Below the pieces are notes generated by a model. It saw only the letters and a program-made list of their open reading frames with translations. It did not search any database and was not told the DNA's origin. DNA of 63,961 bases, counting the filler, from Choristocarpus tenellus KU-1152 (taxonomy: Eukaryota > Protista > Phaeophyceae): assembly GCA_964200185.2 (NCBI GenBank). It is 14 parts of 14 records of this genome, joined end to end, with 100 filler letters (N's around TTAATTAATTAA, not from the genome) between each part and the next. Parts side by side here need not be neighbours in the genome. Positions count along the whole stretch, not along the records: positions 61,439 to 63,961 come from CAXNAD020027093.1; 13 more parts are not named here. The stretch is one strand, 5' to 3'. Both the position numbers and the translations under genes were made by a program. Below are positions 61,339 to 63,961 of this stretch, in pieces. Each line of letters begins with the position of its first letter. The stretch's first letter is position 1.

Positions 61339-62542
61339 NNNNNNNNNNNNNNNNNNNNNNNNNNNNNNNNNNNNNNNNNNNNTTAATTAATTAANNNNNN
61401 NNNNNNNNNNNNNNNNNNNNNNNNNNNNNNNNNNNNNNACCCCCCCCCCCACCCCGCCCCCCAAAAAAAAGGCCCCTTCCCCAGAAACTTGGGGGGGGGG
61501 GGGGGGGGGAGGGGGAGGGGATCAGCAGCCAATTTGTGAGGCATCAATCTTTTTTTTCAGTTACTAAGGTTCAATTCTAGGCACATTTCATTCCTTGTCA
61601 AAACAAGATACACAGTTGTCCAATAAAAAAAATACAAAAAAAAATTTCAACCTGACATCAAGAATAACTCACCTTGCAATTTTTCAGACCTTGAAAATAG
61701 ATTTCACACTCCAACAACAACAATAACAGTAACACAAGCAAGCAGGGTTCACACACAACATTTTTTTTTTTCAAGCTATGGACAAAGTTGCCCAGACATC
61801 ACAAACCACTACATCTAACAGCCTCAATACCCACACACACAGAGCACCAACAGCGAGAGGCATTTTTGCCAACAGTGACATCACAAAAAAACAATAAAAA
61901 TCTCCAAAGAACGCATCAAGTTTTATGTCACATAAAACACAGTACAGTGGTGTAAAGCATAATATTAGTATCACATAGCACATTCATTGCCAAAACTATG
62001 TCCTCAATGTAGCGCAGGATGAAAGTCCCAACCAACACATCATCGTATCCCAAACCATCTCCTTCATTTCCCCGCCAACCACTCCAAAAACACCCAGTAG
62101 AAAAGTCCATCACGACAACACCCACTTGTCACCCCCCCCCCCCCCCCCCAAAAAAACCCCCAAAAAAAACCCCCCACCACAACACCCCCCCCTCCCCCCC
62201 CCCCCCCCCCCAAATATTATTCAATCCGACAGTGCTATATTTTAAATGCAGTACAACAACAACAACAAAATAAAAAGATCCAGTTCTACTACCCAAAAAC
62301 AACATCAAAACTTTTTTCCAAGAAGTAGTAGGTCCACTCAGGTAAGAAAAAAATAGCAAATACCACACCACACACTCAAACACTAAAAAGAGAAAAATAA
62401 AAAAATAATAATAATAAAAATGCCACCACTGAACCGTCCACCACCACCCCCCAAAACATACCACATCACCCTGAACAACTACCAAACGCTCACTACCACA
62501 TCCACAATACACCCGCCCACCCACCCACCCACTCACACCCAC

Positions 62543-62893
62543 CTCTGGAACCACCGACAACAGCCCAGCACGGACCACCCTCCCAACCACATCTCGAATC
62601 ACTTCCCTTGGGGCCTCGCACGTCTCCAACACGCTCAGAGCAGAGTCATAGAAACGCCTGGGAACCAATAACAAATTGGAATACACTCCATCGCCGTGCT
62701 TCTGTGTGTCCCACCTTTTCCCACCACCATCCTCCCCCTCGGCAGTATTTTCCCCGACAAGAGCAACGCCCCAGTACGCCTCCGCCTTATTTAGGAGACC
62801 TATTGCAGACTCCCAGTCGTTCAGGTCCCGGCAAGCATCTATTCCTGATATCCAAGCGCTGCCGTTGTTTTTGCTCTCGACCATACTGAGAGC
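62543..62893 (-). CDS. Exon of a helical-repeat (PPR-like) protein
   Basis: 351-nt open exon between GCAG| and |GTGGGT. SAWISGIDACRDLNDWESAIGLL resembles the 'A I.AC...G.W..Al.Ll' PPR repeats of algae. Confidence 0.55.
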
Positions 62894-63961
62894 CTGCCAC
62901 AATGTGCATTATATATATATATGTATGTATTTTCTTAATTAATTGTTACGTTTTATTTTTTATATTTTTTTAAAACAGAAATAAATAAATGAGAATGGAG
63001 GCAAATCAAACGTGCGAGAGAGACTAAATCCTTACCCCTCCCCCCCCCCCAAAAAAAAGCAAGTACATGTTTAAAATATAGAACCCTAAACGGTATATAA
63101 CTGAACTGGTACATCAATAATCTACCCCAGACGTGTACGATCTATGATCATGATCGTACACTCAATACAGCACCAAAAACACACTTTAAGAAGTACACTA
63201 CTGCTTACGGAAATATACCCGAATCAAGTCGGACTTGATATAAATATAGGATTAGGGTTGTGAGTAGGGATAGGAGGTGCATACGTGCAATAGCTACAAC
63301 GGCCACAGAGCCGCTGCTATCCACAAAACCACAGCTACGAAAAAACATTTAAACATATAAATATCAACCACAAACATACTATTATTAACACATAAATATC
63401 CGAGTTGCTAGAGATTACATTCATTAAAACTCATCATCTCAACTAAAATTAACAATCATTTTCTATCCAATCAAACTTACCAAAAAAAAAATGATAAAAT
63501 ATTTAAACATCCCCCCACTAAATAACAATCAAATAACTCCAAATCTTATTTATGATCCAGTCAGTCAGAGAGAAAAAGAGAGCCTAATTGTCAACAGCCC
63601 ATAAATACTGACAATATGTGGGAGTTATGGTGCAGCGTGCTTGTTGGGGGGTTGGTGGGTCAGCCTGTCACTATGATTGTATGCCATACCAATAACATAC
63701 TAGTTTCTAAACTTGCTTCACTTCAGTCCAATGCAACAGTCAATGCAACTACCATAACACACTTAACACACATAACAACGTAAAAAAAAGGTTACTATTA
63801 TTACTACTATTATTATTGGTACTATGCAAATAAAACCCTCTTACCTAAAACCTAAAAGGAAAGGAGGAATGTGAAAAATCACTCCAGCAAAAAACTACAA
63901 AAAAAACACAAACACAAAACAAACAACACCCAACAACAAACAAACACCACAAAAAACGCCA

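Noticed and set aside
60917-61390. Long ORFs on both strands (IHYMKVIYYIKV / NDFDIINNFHIV repeats)
   Set aside because: By-products of the 36-bp minisatellite. Only 60828-60998 on the minus strand is a real EXS exon.
1-63961. Fanzor/TnpB, giant-virus insertion, Polinton or Helitron Rep-helicase genes
   Set aside because: No RuvC/zinc-ribbon, capsid, polB or Rep-helicase motifs were recognised in any ORF, and there is no intronless gene-dense segment.

Overview
This is eukaryotic DNA, not one locus. It consists of 14 short contigs joined by artificial 100-nt linkers (44 N + TTAATTAATTAA + 44 N), so nothing can be inferred across a linker. Intron-rich genes with GT-AG introns, TTAGGG telomere-like tracts and the transposon types suggest a stramenopile, probably a brown alga (inference). 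Host genes reconstructed by hand from exons: a ZIFL-like MFS transporter, a WD40 protein, a HINT3-like HIT protein, a CHORD-like Cys/His zinc-finger protein, prefoldin subunit 3, a CLC channel exon, an EXS-domain protein (XPR1/PHO1/SYG1 family), a coiled-coil protein and a PPR-like exon. Most of the rest is transposon-derived: ten copies of a ~255-bp MITE with GAG...CTC termini and 4-bp TSDs (Sola2-like), related poly-G terminal elements, copia LTR elements with a half-tRNAiMet primer-binding site, CRE-like and other LINE remnants, pogo and IS630/Tc1-like transposase remnants, and several minisatellites. The most interesting locus is 17295-19662, where a Sola-type transposase exon lies head-to-head with a spliced ParB/Sulfiredoxin-like gene across an array of ~220-280-bp repeats; that array recurs on another contig. 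All family assignments come from motif recognition by eye, not from database searches.
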